In this document: in pieces, positions 13,449 to 27,754 of the stretch
Layout: the number at the start of each line of letters is the position of its first letter
How positions within the stretch are numbered: position 1 is the stretch's first letter
From: Octopus vulgaris
Lineage: Eukaryota
DNA: 64,000 bases
Direction: 5' to 3'
Assembly (NCBI GenBank): GCA_951406725.2
Contig: OX597831.1
Location: forward strand, 14,880,001 to 14,944,000
Translations under genes and position numbers: made by a program
The notes under the pieces: generated by a model
The model's input: the letters and a program-made list of their open reading frames with translations, nothing else
Told to the model about the DNA's origin: nothing
Database searches by the model: none

Positions 13449-14836
13449 TTTGTTCCACGTACTTCTCGATATATTTGCTCACTGTTCCTAGCGCGTCGAC
13501 GATTATTGGTATTACTACCACCTTTTTCATCGACCACAACTGCTTAACTTCACAAGCTAACCTGTCATATCTCTCGACTTTTCTTTCTTCCTTATCGCAT
13601 ACCTTGTTGTCAGCTGGGTATGCTATATATATATGATCCAGCATAGTTTGTTTCCTTCCTCAATTAAGACTATGTCCGGCTTCCTATTATCTATCCCATG
13701 GTCACAATGAATCATAGAATCCCGTGGGATCTTTGCATTTCTATTTTCGACGATGCCTTCGGGTTTGTGGTGGCACCAATTTTTGCACTTATCACTTTCT
13801 GCTGTGTTGTCTATTCCGTATTTTATGTAGTTTGTTCTTAGTGCTTCGTTCTTGGGCAGCACAGATTAGAGCCTTCGTTTCCGGTTTTAAATCAATTTTA
13901 GTCATCCACAGCCATTTTCTCTCTGTTTGTCTTGTCTTCAAGATCCCTATGAAATTGACCATGCATTCTTTTCTTTACCCACCTATTTTCAGTTTCACTC
14001 GTTTTCTATTTCTTGTACATTGCTTTATCTTTGAAATCTTTCATCCTACACAAGACTGACTGTCTTCTAATAATAGCGGTTCTTTGGCATTTTTTACATA
14101 CCATGCTATGTTGTTTTCTTCTCTAATGCTGTGTTCGCATCCAATAAGTCCTCTTCCCCCTCTTTTTCTTGGTACATACAGTCTGTTTGTGTCACTTTTT
14201 GGGTGGAGTGACCCATATAGAGTTAGCAACTTCCTTGTCTTTCTGTCTAAGCTGTTCAGTTCGTCTACTATCCATTCGATAACCCCTGATCAATATCTAG
14301 GGAGTGAAACCTCCCATGTGTCGATAACTTCGATCTTATTCCGTCCATTTAATTTCGACTTAAGAAGTAGTCTGCGCAAGTACTCCACCTTAAATTTTTC
14401 TGTCATTTCTTTCTCCATCAATGTATCAATTTCCAAAATCCCTAAGTACTTATAGACCGTTTCTTCTAACTGCTTAATAACCTCCCCCGGCAGTATCGTT
14501 AGCCCTCCATACATTTGATTATGCCTCTCTTCAAGACTAATACACTATACTTTCTCAGTCCGTACTCCATTCTAATATCAGCACTGAAGGTATACACCGT
14601 ATCAACGAGGGAACTGACTTAGGCTTCATCTTTACCATAAAGTTTGAGATCATCTATGAATAACAAATGGTTGATATTTTGTTGGCGGCTCTTGAATACA
14701 TACCCAGCTTTTTCTTTCCTCGGAATCAGTGTTAGTGGTATCAACACAGTACAAATACCAGTGGGGACAGGCAGTCTCCGTGGAAGATGCCCCTCCTGAT
14801 TTCTACTGTCCCTAAACTCTTTTCTGTGGAATAAAG
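13449..14836 (-). mobile_element. R4/Dong-clade retrotransposon fragment (RT C-terminal half to REL endonuclease), frameshifted
   Basis: INHLLFIDDLKLYGK, YKYLGILE, LHPKSDTNRLYVPRKRGGRGL, EALRTNYIK, NRKPDIVLIE, KEERKVERYDRL. Same family as 9928-10533. Confidence 0.92.
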
Positions 14837-16033
14837 ACAGGAACGTCACGTCTGGATTACATTGAAGTAGGTCTTTCCGATCAGGTTTGAGCGAGGGTTA
14901 AATAAAACGGCAACGAAAGCAACAACAACCGCCGAAATGATAACAACATCAATAATAACAGTGAGAGCATGAAAAATAACAAAAGTGTTTGGGTTCTTTA
15001 AAATGAGTCTACTCCATCAAATATGTCAGATATTGACATTCGTAGCAATCAAGCGAAAACGAAAGAGATCAAAGAATAATAAACAATAGAAGTTTGATTT
15101 ACAGTAATATAACATACCAAAAATAGATTGAAATTATACGCAATTATAGGCGCAAGTTTTATATAAGCAAACACATATCTGAGAACCAGACGATCTCATG
15201 GGTGAGATGATACAGATCCGTATAAACAAGGCAATCATATATTTAGATATATCACATTTCAAAAGCACAAAGGAGATATCAGATATTAGAATAGAAGCAA
15301 AACAATCGAAGAAACAAAAGTGAAAACAAATTGCCACAATTGAGTCTATATATGAAACAGAAATACTTATGGGAACTTAAGAGGGCATCGCAATACACAG
15401 AACGAAGAAAACGGTGATAGATAGAAAGTCTCATCTTATCTGACCTGGTGCTAAACAAACGCAACAAGAAAAACAACATGAACGATAACAACCATAGCAA
15501 CAATTGTAAAAGAAGCAATAAGTTGAAATAGTTACTGGTACTTAAGAACTGAAAACTTTGACATTTTTCTGACTTTTCATTTCGGAAGTAGCGGCCATGT
15601 GATCTTATATGTATACATGTTTGAATATATATATAAAAACTTGCAGGTTTATTGCTGGGAATTTCCAAGCCAGGCACTACCAGCAGCCGAAACTGAATGG
15701 AATGGCAGTCGGATGCAACTGGCCTACGATGGATGGAAATACATGAACCGAAATATGTGCATGTCGTGAGCATTGACATGAGTAATGATGCGTCATTCAA
15801 GACTCCTACGAATGAGTTGCCAATAAAAAGCAGGCGGCTGTACGGATGAAATTTGAGAACATTCAGAACGAGAGAACAGGAAAGCATGATGGTCCTCTGA
15901 AGGATATTTTTCCTCAGCCGTTTACGCTGCCGCACGTCCTAGGGTGAAAAACAAACAAGTACTGGAGCCGATTCATTGGACTGTAAATTCTTCAAAGTCT
16001 GGCTCCAGCATGCCCGCAGCTAAAACCTGAAAT

Positions 16034-16121
<88 letters not shown>

Positions 16122-16124
16122 TAT

Positions 16125-16323
16125 GTGACCGCGTGTGTACCGTTGGCGATTTTTTTCCTCTGTCTTCCCTTCTCTGGATCTTTCCTTCTCCTATGATTCC
16201 GACGAAGAGCTCCGGTCAAAACATTAGACCCTCCTTCTTTCCTTCTTTCCTGAGCGTCCAATAATACTATATTTGTTCCACATCCTCGCGATGTTGTGTT
16301 TTTCTGTGCTTTCTTGTTTGGAT

Positions 16324-16327
<4 letters not shown>
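16125..16327 (+). mobile_element. Short repeat with degenerate hammerhead-like core, in (TA)n
   Basis: CCGACGA-AGAGC-TCC-GGTC-AAAACATTA. Related to the minus-strand copies at 16975-17104 and 54330-54480 through a shared GAGCG..AATAC tail. Confidence 0.5.
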
Positions 16328-16376
<49 letters not shown>

Positions 16377-16380
16377 ATAT

Positions 16381-16615
16381 ATTTCTTTACTACCCACAAA
16401 GGGCTAAACACAGACAACAAACAAGGACAGACAAAGCGATTAAGTCGATTCCATCGACCCCAGTGCGTAACTGGTACTTAATTTATCGACCCCGAAAGGA
16501 TGAAAGGCAAAGTCGACCTCGGCGGAATTTGAACTCACAACGTAACAGCAGATGAAATACGGCTACGCATTTCGCCCGGCGTGCTACCGTGTCTGCAAGC
16601 TCGCCGCCTTCCGCC
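16381..16615 (-). mobile_element. Family A SINE monomer
   Basis: Full head, central domain and AAGAAAT tail. Confidence 0.85.
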
Positions 16616-16640
16616 GCGTATATATGTAAGTATATATATA

Positions 16641-16902
16641 TAGAGTGGTTGTATACTGTCAACATAACGTGACAGTCCCGTAAGGAAATCACACCACCGC
16701 TATTTAGCCCTAGGAAGCATCTACGCTTCCTGTCGGCTTTGACACATTTCCTGTGTCCTTATATTTGCGATGGGGAGGCAAGCTCCCCCACCAGCTAGGA
16801 TTCACACCTGAGGACATGCATGTTTCTGGCTATTAACCCGTCATCACCCCCAAGATAGTGAGATCTGCTGTCACGTTACGTTGACAGCATACAACTACTC
16901 TA
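16641..16902. mobile_element. MITE with ~35-bp terminal inverted repeats
   Basis: TAGAGTGGTTGTATACTGTCAACATAACGTGACAG pairs with CTGTCACGTTACGTTGACAGCATACAACTACTCTA (3 mismatches). Confidence 0.7.
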
Positions 16903-16923
16903 TTGACCCACCACCGCTCATAT

Positions 16924-16974
<51 letters not shown>

Positions 16975-16978
<4 letters not shown>

Positions 16979-17104
16979 ATAACGGGAAAGTTTACGAAAA
17001 TGAACAAAGGACGAAGGCAGGTGGAGTACAAACAAACAAATGTATTAGTATAGCGCTCAGGAATAGAAATAGAAAAATCTTTTACGTTTCGAGCCTACGC
17101 TCTT
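16975..17104 (-). mobile_element. 5'-truncated copy of the hammerhead-bearing repeat at 54330-54480
   Basis: Minus strand AAGAGCGTAGGCTCGAAACGTAAAAG; the CUGA half of the core is missing. (TA)n-flanked. Confidence 0.6.
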
Positions 17105-17511
17105 AATATATATATATTTATAACTTTAATGTTTGCGTTGGTTGTATGTCATTAAGTGCAGGATCTACAGTAAACACATTTAGACTTTGACAGAACTAGA
17201 CAGAAATATAGGATGTCTTTTATTTGCCGCTTCCGAGGATGATCTTTCGTGGTTTGTTTAGTCACGTGGACAGATGTTCTTTGCCTTCTCATTATTTCAT
17301 ACGTTTCCGTCATTCGAGAACATATCGCTCTTTGGATTAGAATATTCCCTTTTCGACCCCTGATTGATGCAAGCAAATTTTTTATCGTTTAATTGTGGCG
17401 GTCGATTTTCAGAAACATAACGACATCAGAAAAAACCCCTTGTATTAACTCTTGAGGTTCCAACTGAACCCCTCAAAAAATTGTTAGCCTTGTGCCAAAA
17501 TTAGAAATGAT

Positions 17512-18251
17512 CACCACCACCACCACCACCACCACCACCACCAGCACCACCACCACCACCACCACCAGCAGCAGCAGCAGCAGCAGCACCACCACCACCA
17601 CCACCACCGCCACCACCACCACCTGCACCCGCAGCACCACCCGCAGCACCACCCGCACCACCACCACAACCACCACCACCACCACCACCCGCACCACCAC
17701 CGCCACCACCACCACCACCACCACCACCACCACCACCACCACAGCCACCACCACCTGCACCCTCAGCACCACCCGCAGCAACAGCACAACCACCCGCACC
17801 ACCACCACAACCACCACCACCGCCATCACCACTACCACCACCACCACCATCCACCACCACCACCCCACCACCACCACCACCACCACCACCACCACCACCA
17901 CCAGCACAACCACCCGCACCACCACCACAACCACCACCACCACCACCACCCGCACCACCACCGCCACCACCACCACCACCAGCACCACCACCACCACCAC
18001 CACAGCCACCACCACCTGCACCCTCAGCACCACCACCAGCAACAGCACAACCACCCGCACCACCACCACAACCACCACCACCGCCATCACCACTACCACC
18101 ACCACCACCATCACCACCACCACCCGTACCACCACCACCACCACCACCACCACCACCACCACCACCACACACCACACCCACCACCACAACCACCACCACC
18201 ACCACCACCACCACCACCACCACCACCACCACCACAACCACAACCACCGCC
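17512..18251. repeat. (CAC)n array with higher-order duplicated variant blocks
   Basis: The variant string ACAGCCACCACCACCTGCACCCTCAGCACC..GCAACAGCACAACC..GCCATCACCACTACC occurs at about 17740 and about 18000. Confidence 0.9.
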
Positions 18252-18279
18252 ATGTATATATATATATATATATATATAC

Positions 18280-18440
18280 ACGACGGGCTTTTGTTTCAGT
18301 TTCTTCCGTCCAAATCCAGTCACAAGAATTTGGTCTGCCCGAGGCTACAGTAGAAGACACTTCTCCAAAATGCTACTCAGTAGAATTGAACCTGAAACCT
18401 TGTGGTTGGGAATTAACCTTCCTACCACACAGCCACGCCT
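18280..18440 (-). mobile_element. tRNA-derived CORE-like SINE (family B), 5' half
   Basis: Reverse complement matches the GGCTGTGTGGTA..AAGTGTCTTCTACT..GACGGAA head of the copies at 26954 and 40787. Confidence 0.75.
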
Positions 18441-19374
18441 AAACATGTTTACTTTCTCTCAAGGAAACTGTTGATATACGGTATTTTGGCGAAAAAACTA
18501 AAGCCAACAACCCAGCGTAATCTATCACAGCAATGCACAGGAATAGGACAGTGTAGCTTTGCATTGCCAACGTGACAAGTTTTCTCTTGTATTTTATATT
18601 AACGAGAAATAATTATATCTAATTCTGAATCAGGAAGTAAACATACTGAGTTATTTTCTCAGCATTATAAACAATGTTTGGCAATTGGTCAGAGGCTGCA
18701 GCGACCACATGGAAATCAATAATAATTCTTATGTACACCAAATACTGGTTTCATTCTAAACAAATAGAACATCATCTATATAAATACCATTTCTCCAGTG
18801 CAGAAACACATTTATTTAAATTGCTGAATTTTTGTGATAAAAATTGATGACAATTTAGTCTTCTGACTAACCTGCGTCTCATTCTTTAGCCTCTGCAAGT
18901 TCGAAATATATCACCAGTGGCTTGTCATTTTACAAATAACTGTTGGCTGGAAATTTTATATAATTTATAAACAATAATTACTTTACTTATTAAATGAAAA
19001 TATAAGTAGAACTAGGAAGACAGTCATGAACTCGACTGTGTTAAATTTCCAAATTCCTTTTGAGATCTGGGCTGAAATAACAAGAGTGCAGCGTTACTCT
19101 CTCGTTTCTGGGTTTCGTAAGTTGAGTTTGTATATCGTTTCTATATATGGTTGATGCTGTTTGCATCTAGATAAGCATTTATCAAAGAAATTCGTAAAAT
19201 ATAAAGTTTAAGGATGACTTTGCTTGTGGTGACGGTGAAGAAGAGATGCAAGAGGAAAGACGTTGCCAAAACAACGAACCCAACGAAATGAGAATGGAAA
19301 GCGGGAGATGGAGGAGAGAAGAAAAGGACGAAGAAGAGGTAAAGAAGTAATGAATTAAAGAAGTAGAAGTAGAA

Positions 19375-19504
19375 GATGGTGAGGATGATGATGATGATGA
19401 TGATGATGGTATGAAGATGATTATAGTGATGATGATTATGGTGATGATGGTGATGATGATGGTGATGACGATGATGGTGATGATGATGATGATGATGGTG
19501 ATGG

Positions 19505-19589
<85 letters not shown>

Positions 19590-19625
19590 GATGATGATGA
19601 TGATGGTGATGACGGTGATGATGAA
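19375..19625. repeat. (GAT)n microsatellite
   Basis: Directly visible. Confidence 0.95.
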
Positions 19626-22600
19626 GAAGAAACTGGAGGATGGAAAAGGATATGAAAAGAGAAGACCACCAACAACAGAAAGAAATAATTGAACGTGTCT
19701 ATAGGAATGCGTTTGGTAAATAACTTATAGATTGACATATTTATTCAGGTAGTGATATAATTTCCCAAGTTTCAAGCCAACATTCAACAAAGTGTCAGCA
19801 TTTATTGGCTGTTCTTCTGATGGTGTTTAAACAGTAGAAACTTTATTGCAGAACAGAAGTACGAGTTACCTCACAGCTAACGACAATCGACAGATATTTG
19901 TACATTTCTTGTCCTGAATGGAACTCATCTTTCGAAGATCTTTCCAGTTTACACAGAATGTAATACCAGCTCCTTTTCAATGTCAGGACCTAATTCGATA
20001 TTTCGTTATTTTGCTCCGATCTTCTTTTATATACTTTAAGGAATGACATATGGCTGACAGATCTTTGTTTGCGTACATCTTCCGCCATAGAAATATTTCA
20101 GTTCAATGCACAATGCTCAATGTAGTCAAGTGGATTCCTGCATTGAGGTTGGCCCACTGACTGAGAGAGAATAAATTCTATTAATTGTACATCTCATATT
20201 CCTTTATACATCAGTTACACATGACATTAAATCATAACTTGATATTGTGTCGACTGCGATACCACGTGACAGGCCGCTGATATTTTTTTAAAAAGTGCTA
20301 AAAATTTAGGGTACAAAAATTAGTTTCTCCAGGTTTCTATAGCAACTGAATTTCTTATGTATATAAACAGATTAGTTGCTTATTTATCAGCTTTGGAGAC
20401 ATGATAGAGACACCTCTGTTGAGTACCTATTCATATTAGAAAATCGATTAAAAGCTGTTCATCATTTTTTCCATCTTTTGACAAATAGTTAAATTTACCT
20501 TTTTCATGTATCTACCACCAATATTATATATATATATACGCATGTATTTGTAAGCGTGTGTTTGCATAAACCCGTACACACACTACTTATACACAGACAC
20601 ACAGACACACATATATATATATATATATTTTTATATATATATATTTATATATATTTATATATATATATATATTGTATATATATATATACTGGCAAAGATA
20701 CCCGGCGTCGCTCGTGCTTATATATATTTCTGTCTATCAGCCCTTTCACGCTTATTCCTTCATTCCACTCTTCGTTTTTCCGTTCCCCCTCTCTCACATT
20801 TCTTTGCTTTCTCTTCTTGCTCACTTTCCCTCACTGTGTCCTCTTTTTTTCTCGTCCCTCCTTAATTCTTCTGTCCCTCTGCCTCTACCTCTTTCTCTTC
20901 TCTTCCAACGTGACTGGCGTTCGGCCAAGCCTGATCTTTCTTTCTTGGCCGGGCGTCGTCTGTACAGTATCGATATTCCTCCCTGTACCCGTGAAATCTT
21001 GTATCCCTGCCATAAGGCTTATTTCCACGCACGCCAGCTTAATTTAATTCGTCCCTAGTCGAAAGGCACCTGTTGTTATGTTCTGTTATTATTATTTTTA
21101 TTGTATTTGTGTAACATTCTCCGTTTTTTTCCGTCCTTCTTTTCGTATACATTCGCTGCTTTCTTCCAAGGAATCTAATGCGGTGTGACGTCAATCGGTA
21201 TTGGAGCGAACGTACGTCTGTGTATGCGAGTGAATGGATGTTTGTGCCTATTGACAGGATTATCCATGTCTGTGGGTATGTATGTATGTGAATGTGTGTG
21301 TGTGTGTGCGAGTGGGCGTGCGCCATGTGAAAGTATGTATGTAAGTATGTATGTATGTATGTATGTAAGTATTTATGAAAGTATGTATGTATGTATGTAT
21401 ATATGTAAGTATGTATGTGTGTAAGTATGTATGTATGTTTGAATGCGTGTATGTATGCATGGATATATGTATGTATGCATGCATGAATGATGTATGCATG
21501 TATGTATGCTTGCTTGTATGTATATATCTTTGTATGTATGTTTGTATGTATGTACGTACGTATGTATGTACTTAAGTATGCATGCATGTATGTATGCACG
21601 TATATATAGTTATCGAACCATAAAAGAATTTCGGCAATGAAGCGTTAAACTAGCAAACATTGTGCTGAACTCTGTTCTTCCGATGTTGTCCTTGTTAATG
21701 CATAACACAGACTGTGCTTACGCTAATCGCTCCTCACTCCATCCCTCCATCCTTTCATACATCAATCCCTTCATCCATCCATACATACATACATCCATCC
21801 ATTCATCCATACATACATACAAACATACATACATACATACATACATACATACATACATACATACATACATACATAGAGAAAGCTGATTAGAATACTACAG
21901 ATCCAGTCCACCACTGGAACTGTAAAAATCTGTAAAACTTTCCAGAGGTTCATGATTTAAATATATATGAGCGTGTCTAGATATGCAAGTATATGCATGA
22001 CTAGACATACACAAAACAAAACATACAAATCTTCACGTATACATACACACATTCATACAAAAAACCCCTGTTGTTGGTGTGGGAATTCCAGTGAAAGAGC
22101 CTAGGCTGTAGGTTAGAAACCTGCGCTTTCACCACTGGCAAGAAATCTTGAATAATACCACACATACATACATACATACCTACATACATACACACATACA
22201 TACATACGTACATACATGCATGCATACATACGTACATACATACATACATACATACGTACATAGGTACTTACATGCATAAACCGTTAGATAGGCTTCCATT
22301 CATGCTCTCCTTCTCAGGTAATTATCGTCACACTTCACAGCCTAGATAAATTCTTCCACTCACGTAGCAGCCAACCTTTTCTGGCAGAACTAAAGCTAAA
22401 ATCATGTCACTACTTGCTTCTTTCAGAAAACAATTTAATTCTTCAAACGCTGGGCTTTTGCCATTTTCTTTCATTCTTCCTTTCATCCCTCCCGTCTTTC
22501 TGCTTTTCTTAACGCTCCACATGTCATTCTCACACCCCTCCCCACAGATTCTCTATTATCCATTGCTCTTCATTTCTTCTTGCTCCTGTTCTCCTTGTCT

Positions 22601-23062
22601 CTCTCTCTCTCTCTCTTCGCCTTTCCCGTGTTTAGCTTTAGCAAATATTTGTTCTCCTCTCCCCACTCGCGCCTCTTTTCTCCTGACTCCACCGCAACCC
22701 TCGTTAGCCATATTTGCGCAGTAACTTCGAAGTATCGAACACGATGCGCTCTTCTTGTCACTGGTCACCCCTATACTCTCCGGTGGACATTTTCCCATCA
22801 GCTAGAAGAATCTGAACGCGCTGTACAACTAAGTGCACTCCAGGTGGCTATTGCTACTACTACTACTATTACTACTACTACTACTGCTGCTGCTGCTGCG
22901 ACTGCTGTTGATGCTACTACTGCTACTACTACAACAACAACAACTACTACTACTACTACTGCTACTCCTACCATCTCCACTACTACTACCACCAATATTA
23001 CTACTATCACCACTACTACTACTGCTGCTGCTACTATTGCTACCACCACCAGCACCACCACC

Positions 23063-23093
<31 letters not shown>

Positions 23094-23639
23094 ACTTATA
23101 TCTGGTCATACTAGTGCAAAAGTATGCTCAATCTTGACGGACGGATCCCCAGAGTATGGATGGATGTATGAATGTGTGGAAGGATAGATGAGTGAATTTG
23201 GGCGAAGACAACAAAAATTTAGATCGTGTCACCTGCCAATGACAAAGCTGTTCTGTGATTGCTCGAGCCACAATGAATAACAAAAAGGAAGGTCCTGCTA
23301 ATCAGAATTTATCGTCTTGAAAGGATCATTGTTAATTATATGACACGGGGTTCGCCATACAAAGAATACAAGGATAGAATGGTCGTGGTTGAAACGTCTG
23401 TGTTAAAAGGTCAGGTGGATCAGCCTTGTCCTTGGGTTCAGTACATGCAGCAACAAGGGGGACAAGAGGGGCTGTAGATCGTCAATATCTGCGTGGTTCA
23501 CATATCTGTCGCCGTGACTTGGCGTTGAAAGAGGCAGGAGCAATAACTATCCTTAGGCAGGGGGTGCACTGTAAAAGTGACGTATGTTGCCTCCTGTTGC
23601 CTTATTGTGTTTAATATATCCGGGTGGGGATCTGCACAC

Positions 23640-24660
23640 TGACGCACTAAGATCAACGATGTTTTCTGACTAAGATTATCTTTGATCAGCATTGCTTCTA
23701 ACTTGTAGGTTTTTAATATCTCTAATTAATTTTATAATTTAGCCGTTCTCCCGGATGTTTCAATGACTTCGCGTGAGAGCACCATCCATCAGGGTCTCCC
23801 ATGCACGTTCTTAATTCGTCACCATTTGCCATTTCACTCTCCAAGCTGTCCAAATAGGTTAGACAATTTCTTCCCTCACTTGAAACACAGGTTCTCCTGC
23901 TTGCCTGATGCAATGACTAGCAATTATCATTCCCCTCCGTTGTATCTGCCATGTCACTTTCAGTAGATCTTGATAAAGCTGCTGCTTGGTTAAATGAGTT
24001 CTCCATGTTAAATTTAGAGCCATTCTTAATACTCTTTTGTAGCTACCGTCTACCTGTTTTTCAAGTTTCATCACCGTATAAAAAAATCGACTCTGACGCG
24101 AAGATAAACAACCTTATTTTCAATTTACGCGCCATCTTAGAATTCCAGATTCTACAGATTGTAGCACGTATTCCTTCCGTACAAAAGTGTCCTTTATATT
24201 ACATTCCATCCAAGAACCAAATTCTTTTCAGCTAAGACTATTACGTATCTGAGAATCTACTCTTTCTTAGTTTCGGCTTGCGTATGCTGTTTAGTTTGTT
24301 AAGATATTGACTTAATTAAGGACGTATATGTCGTCAGCCTTGTGAGCTATGCATGATTTCCGCAGGTTATGGTGTCAGTGGCTCAACTCAACATCTGCTG
24401 ACTTTGTAGCTACCGCTCAGTTTTTAGCACTCATTGATCACAGCTGTACAGAACCCGTGAGAAGACAACTAGCTTCATGAGTTACATCATGTGTTGCCGA
24501 ACGCAGTCTGGTTTTTAAATACCTTGACCGCGCTACTTATCCCTGAGCGATTCCGACCTAACCTGTTGCAGATTACCTTGTTTTCAGGACAGTCATCGCA
24601 GATGTAGAATCGACTAATATATTGTGAAGACACCTACGTAATCTCGTTACCAGCAAGGAT
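23640..24660 (-). mobile_element. Old RTE-like LINE relic (RT C-terminal region)
   Basis: EKQVDGSYKRVLRMALNLTWRTHLTKQQLY..IASHCIRQ, a LYG.ET-like segment near 24075, and ADDI near 24335. Many stops and frameshifts. Confidence 0.7.
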
Positions 24661-24802
24661 TAGCAGTCACGTAGCCCTCAGATCACACCATACAGTTTAA
24701 TATTGATATGAAATTGATACACACATAGAATAAAGTATTACATGGTTGTCACGGTCGGAACACATTTTAATCACAGTTTTCTTTGTGGCTATAATAATTA
24801 AA

Positions 24803-25372
24803 ATATTGGTTTCAAATTTTGGCCCAAGGCCAGCAATTTCGTGGTAAGTAACTCATTACTCAAGGTACTTATTTTAATGAGTTCGAAAGAATGAAAAGCG
24901 AAGTGGTCCTCGGCGGTATTTGAACTCATAACGGAAATACAGACGAAATACCTATTTCTTTACTACCCACAAGGGGGTAAACATAGAGGAGACAAACAAG
25001 GACAGACAAACGGATTAAGTCGATTATATCGACCCCAGTGCGCCACTGGTACCTAATTTATCGACCCGGAAATGATGGAAGGCAAAGTCGACCTCGGCGG
25101 AATTTGAACTCAGAGTGTAAAGCCAGACGAAATACCTATTTCTTTACTACCCACAGGGGGCTAAACATAGAGAGGACAAACAAGGACAGACAGGCGGATT
25201 AAGTCGATTATATCGACCCCAGTGCGTAACTGGTACTTAATTTATCGACCCCGAAAGGATGAAAGGCAAAGTCGACCTCGGCGGAATTTGAACTCACAAC
25301 GTAACGACAGACAAAATACCGCTAAGCAATTCGCCCGGCGTGCTAACGATTCTGCCAGCTCGCCACCTTTCA
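24803..25372 (-). mobile_element. Family A SINE, three tandem units
   Basis: Same organisation as 1484-2065. Confidence 0.85.
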
Positions 25373-26560
25373 ATCAACTCATCTCTTATCAGTTAAATAT
25401 AATTCTGATTATTTAAATCGATGTCATTGGTTGATTTGAGTCATTTTCCTTCTTTTAGTTTATATTTTAAATGTAATTACCAGATTCCCAAGATGTAGTA
25501 TTGGCAGAGTTGTTAAAGCATCTGACACAATTCCTTGCGATGTATTTCCGGGTCATTTACGAAGTAAGTTCACATCAGTCCGGGGTGAATGTTTCCTTTA
25601 ATCTTTTCAAAATCAATAACACAAAATACCAATCAAGAAGAGGATCGATATGATCAACAGTTGCTCATTCCCTTAATAGCAAATCCACCCTTGTGCCTAT
25701 ATAAGAAATCAATATATTATCATATTACAATTTTTTTTCTTTTCGATCACACCCATATCTATGTCCCACTGGGTCCCCTCCTCTTACAACTCCCTAATAT
25801 TCACTCATATTCCCTTGCTTTCTCTTCTCTTCTTCTTTATTCTCTATATTCTCCTTTCATTTTCATCTGCAACATAAATGATTAATTTTCCTTTCCTTGA
25901 AGTATATTTCCTCCTACTTCCTCGTTTCTTATTGTTTTAAGTTTAGTCCACTACCTCTTACTTTCCCCCACATTTCTCTCCCATTTCTATTCCCCCCCAC
26001 CTCTATGTTCTCATAAACTTTCTGACCTCTCTCTCAATTGCTCTAACTCCTTACCTCTTCCTTGTTACAGCTTTCTATCCAGTACATTTCACTAGCTCCA
26101 CCTTATATACAACACCCGCCCCCCGCATACCACCTCCAGCTTTATCACATATTTCCTGCTCCAGTCTTCTCTCTTGAATTCTCTTATACCCCGCCCATTC
26201 CCGCCCCATACTGTACACCTCAATCCACTTCTCTCTCTCTCTCTCTCTCGCTCTCTGTCCCTCTCTCTCTTACTTTTTAAGAAACTTCCAGACTCTCTTC
26301 CTATCACTCATAAATTTTCCTTCGACCAATCACCCTCTCTGTATCTAACTTTATGATCCCCCCTCCTCATTATCCCCCCATTTTTTTCACTTCCACTCCA
26401 TAGTTTTTCCTCCTCCTACTTCTACCACCACAGATCCTGACATCCTACCGCCCACTTCAACACAGCGCATTTCCATTTTTCTATCAATTTGTCTTCCATA
26501 TTTGACACTCATTTTTCATCACATATTTTTTCTCTTCCTCTCCCTTCTACTTTCATCTTC

Positions 26561-26622
<62 letters not shown>

Positions 26623-26696
26623 ATACGTAAATATTGTTCATATCTATCTTTAAAACTCACTATCTCTTCCTCCTACCCTCAGCTCGACTACTCAAT

Positions 26697-26950
26697 GGAG
26701 GCGCGTGGCTTAATGGTTCGGGTGTCAGCATCATGATCAGAAGATTGTGGTTTCGATTCCTGGACCAGGCGACGCGTTGTGTTCTTGAGCAAAACACTTT
26801 ATTTCACCTTGCTCCAGTCCACTCAGCTGGCAAAAATGAGTAACGCTGCGATGGACTGGCGTCCCGTCCAGCTGGGGAACACATACACCATAGAAACCGG
26901 GAAAACGGGCCCATGAGTCTGGCTAGGCTTTAAAAGGGTGCATTTATTTT
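26697..26950 (+). mobile_element. tRNA-derived SINE with CORE-like and V-domain-like segments
   Basis: GGCGCGTGGCTTAATGGTT (A box), GGTTTCGATTCC (B box), TTCTTGAGCAAAACACTT and GCGATGGACTGGCGTCCCGTCCAG. Confidence 0.7.
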
Positions 26951-26953
26951 ATA

Positions 26954-27152
26954 GGCCTAGGAGTGGCTGTGTGGTAAGTAGCTTGCTTAAGAACCACATG
27001 GTTCCGGGTTCAGTCCCACTGCATGGCACCTTGGGCAAGTGTCTTCTACTATAGCCTCGGGCCGACCAAATCCTTGTGGGTGGATTTGATAGACGGAAAC
27101 TGAAAGAAGCCCGTCGAATATATGTATGTATATATATATATATATATGTGTG

Positions 27153-27199
<47 letters not shown>

Positions 27200-27420
27200 A
27201 TGTGCGTTTGTGCGTGTGCGTGTGTGTGTGTCTGTGTTTGTCCCTCCAACATCACTTGACAACCGATGCTGGTGTGTTTACGCCCCCGTAATCTAGCGGG
27301 TCGGCAAAAGGAGACTGATCGAATAAGTACTAGGCTTACAAAGAATAAGTCCTGGGGTCAATTTGCTCGACTAAAGGCGCAGTCAACTGACTGAAACAAG
27401 TAACAGAGCGAAGAGTAAAG
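26954..27420 (+). mobile_element. Family B SINE, full length, with internal (TA)n(TG)n
   Basis: TGGCTGTGTGGTAAG A box, GGTTCAGTCCC B box, CCTTGGGCAAGTGTCTT core and TGACTGAAACAAGTAA tail. Confidence 0.85.
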
Positions 27421-27754
27421 AGAGAGCTTATGAATAAACGTCCTGCGGTATTTTTTCCAGCTCTTTACGATCTGCGTTCGAATCCTGCCAAGGTTACATT
27501 TGTCATTTATCCCAAAACATGTTCCTCTAAAAATTGTTGGTCTTGATTCTCAGTGATAAAAGCACGAGAAAACTACAAAATCGTTAGGGCATCAGAATAA
27601 ATGTCTTGTACTTTTCTGGCGGTTCCTTATTTATTGCCAAGGGCCATATCTCGCCGAAGTCAGTTTGATATTTCATCCCTTCGGGATCGATGCAATATAT
27701 GCCATTCACGCACAGGGTTTGATATAATCGAGGGGATCTTCGGCAAAATTGCTG

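Noticed and set aside
15279-15935. 218-aa minus-strand ORF
   Set aside because: No motifs, non-ATG start, and composition typical of non-coding DNA.
17473-18442. Mucin-like or Gly-rich protein ORFs
   Set aside because: A (CAC)n array is open in most frames, and these ORFs run into (TA)n and a SINE.
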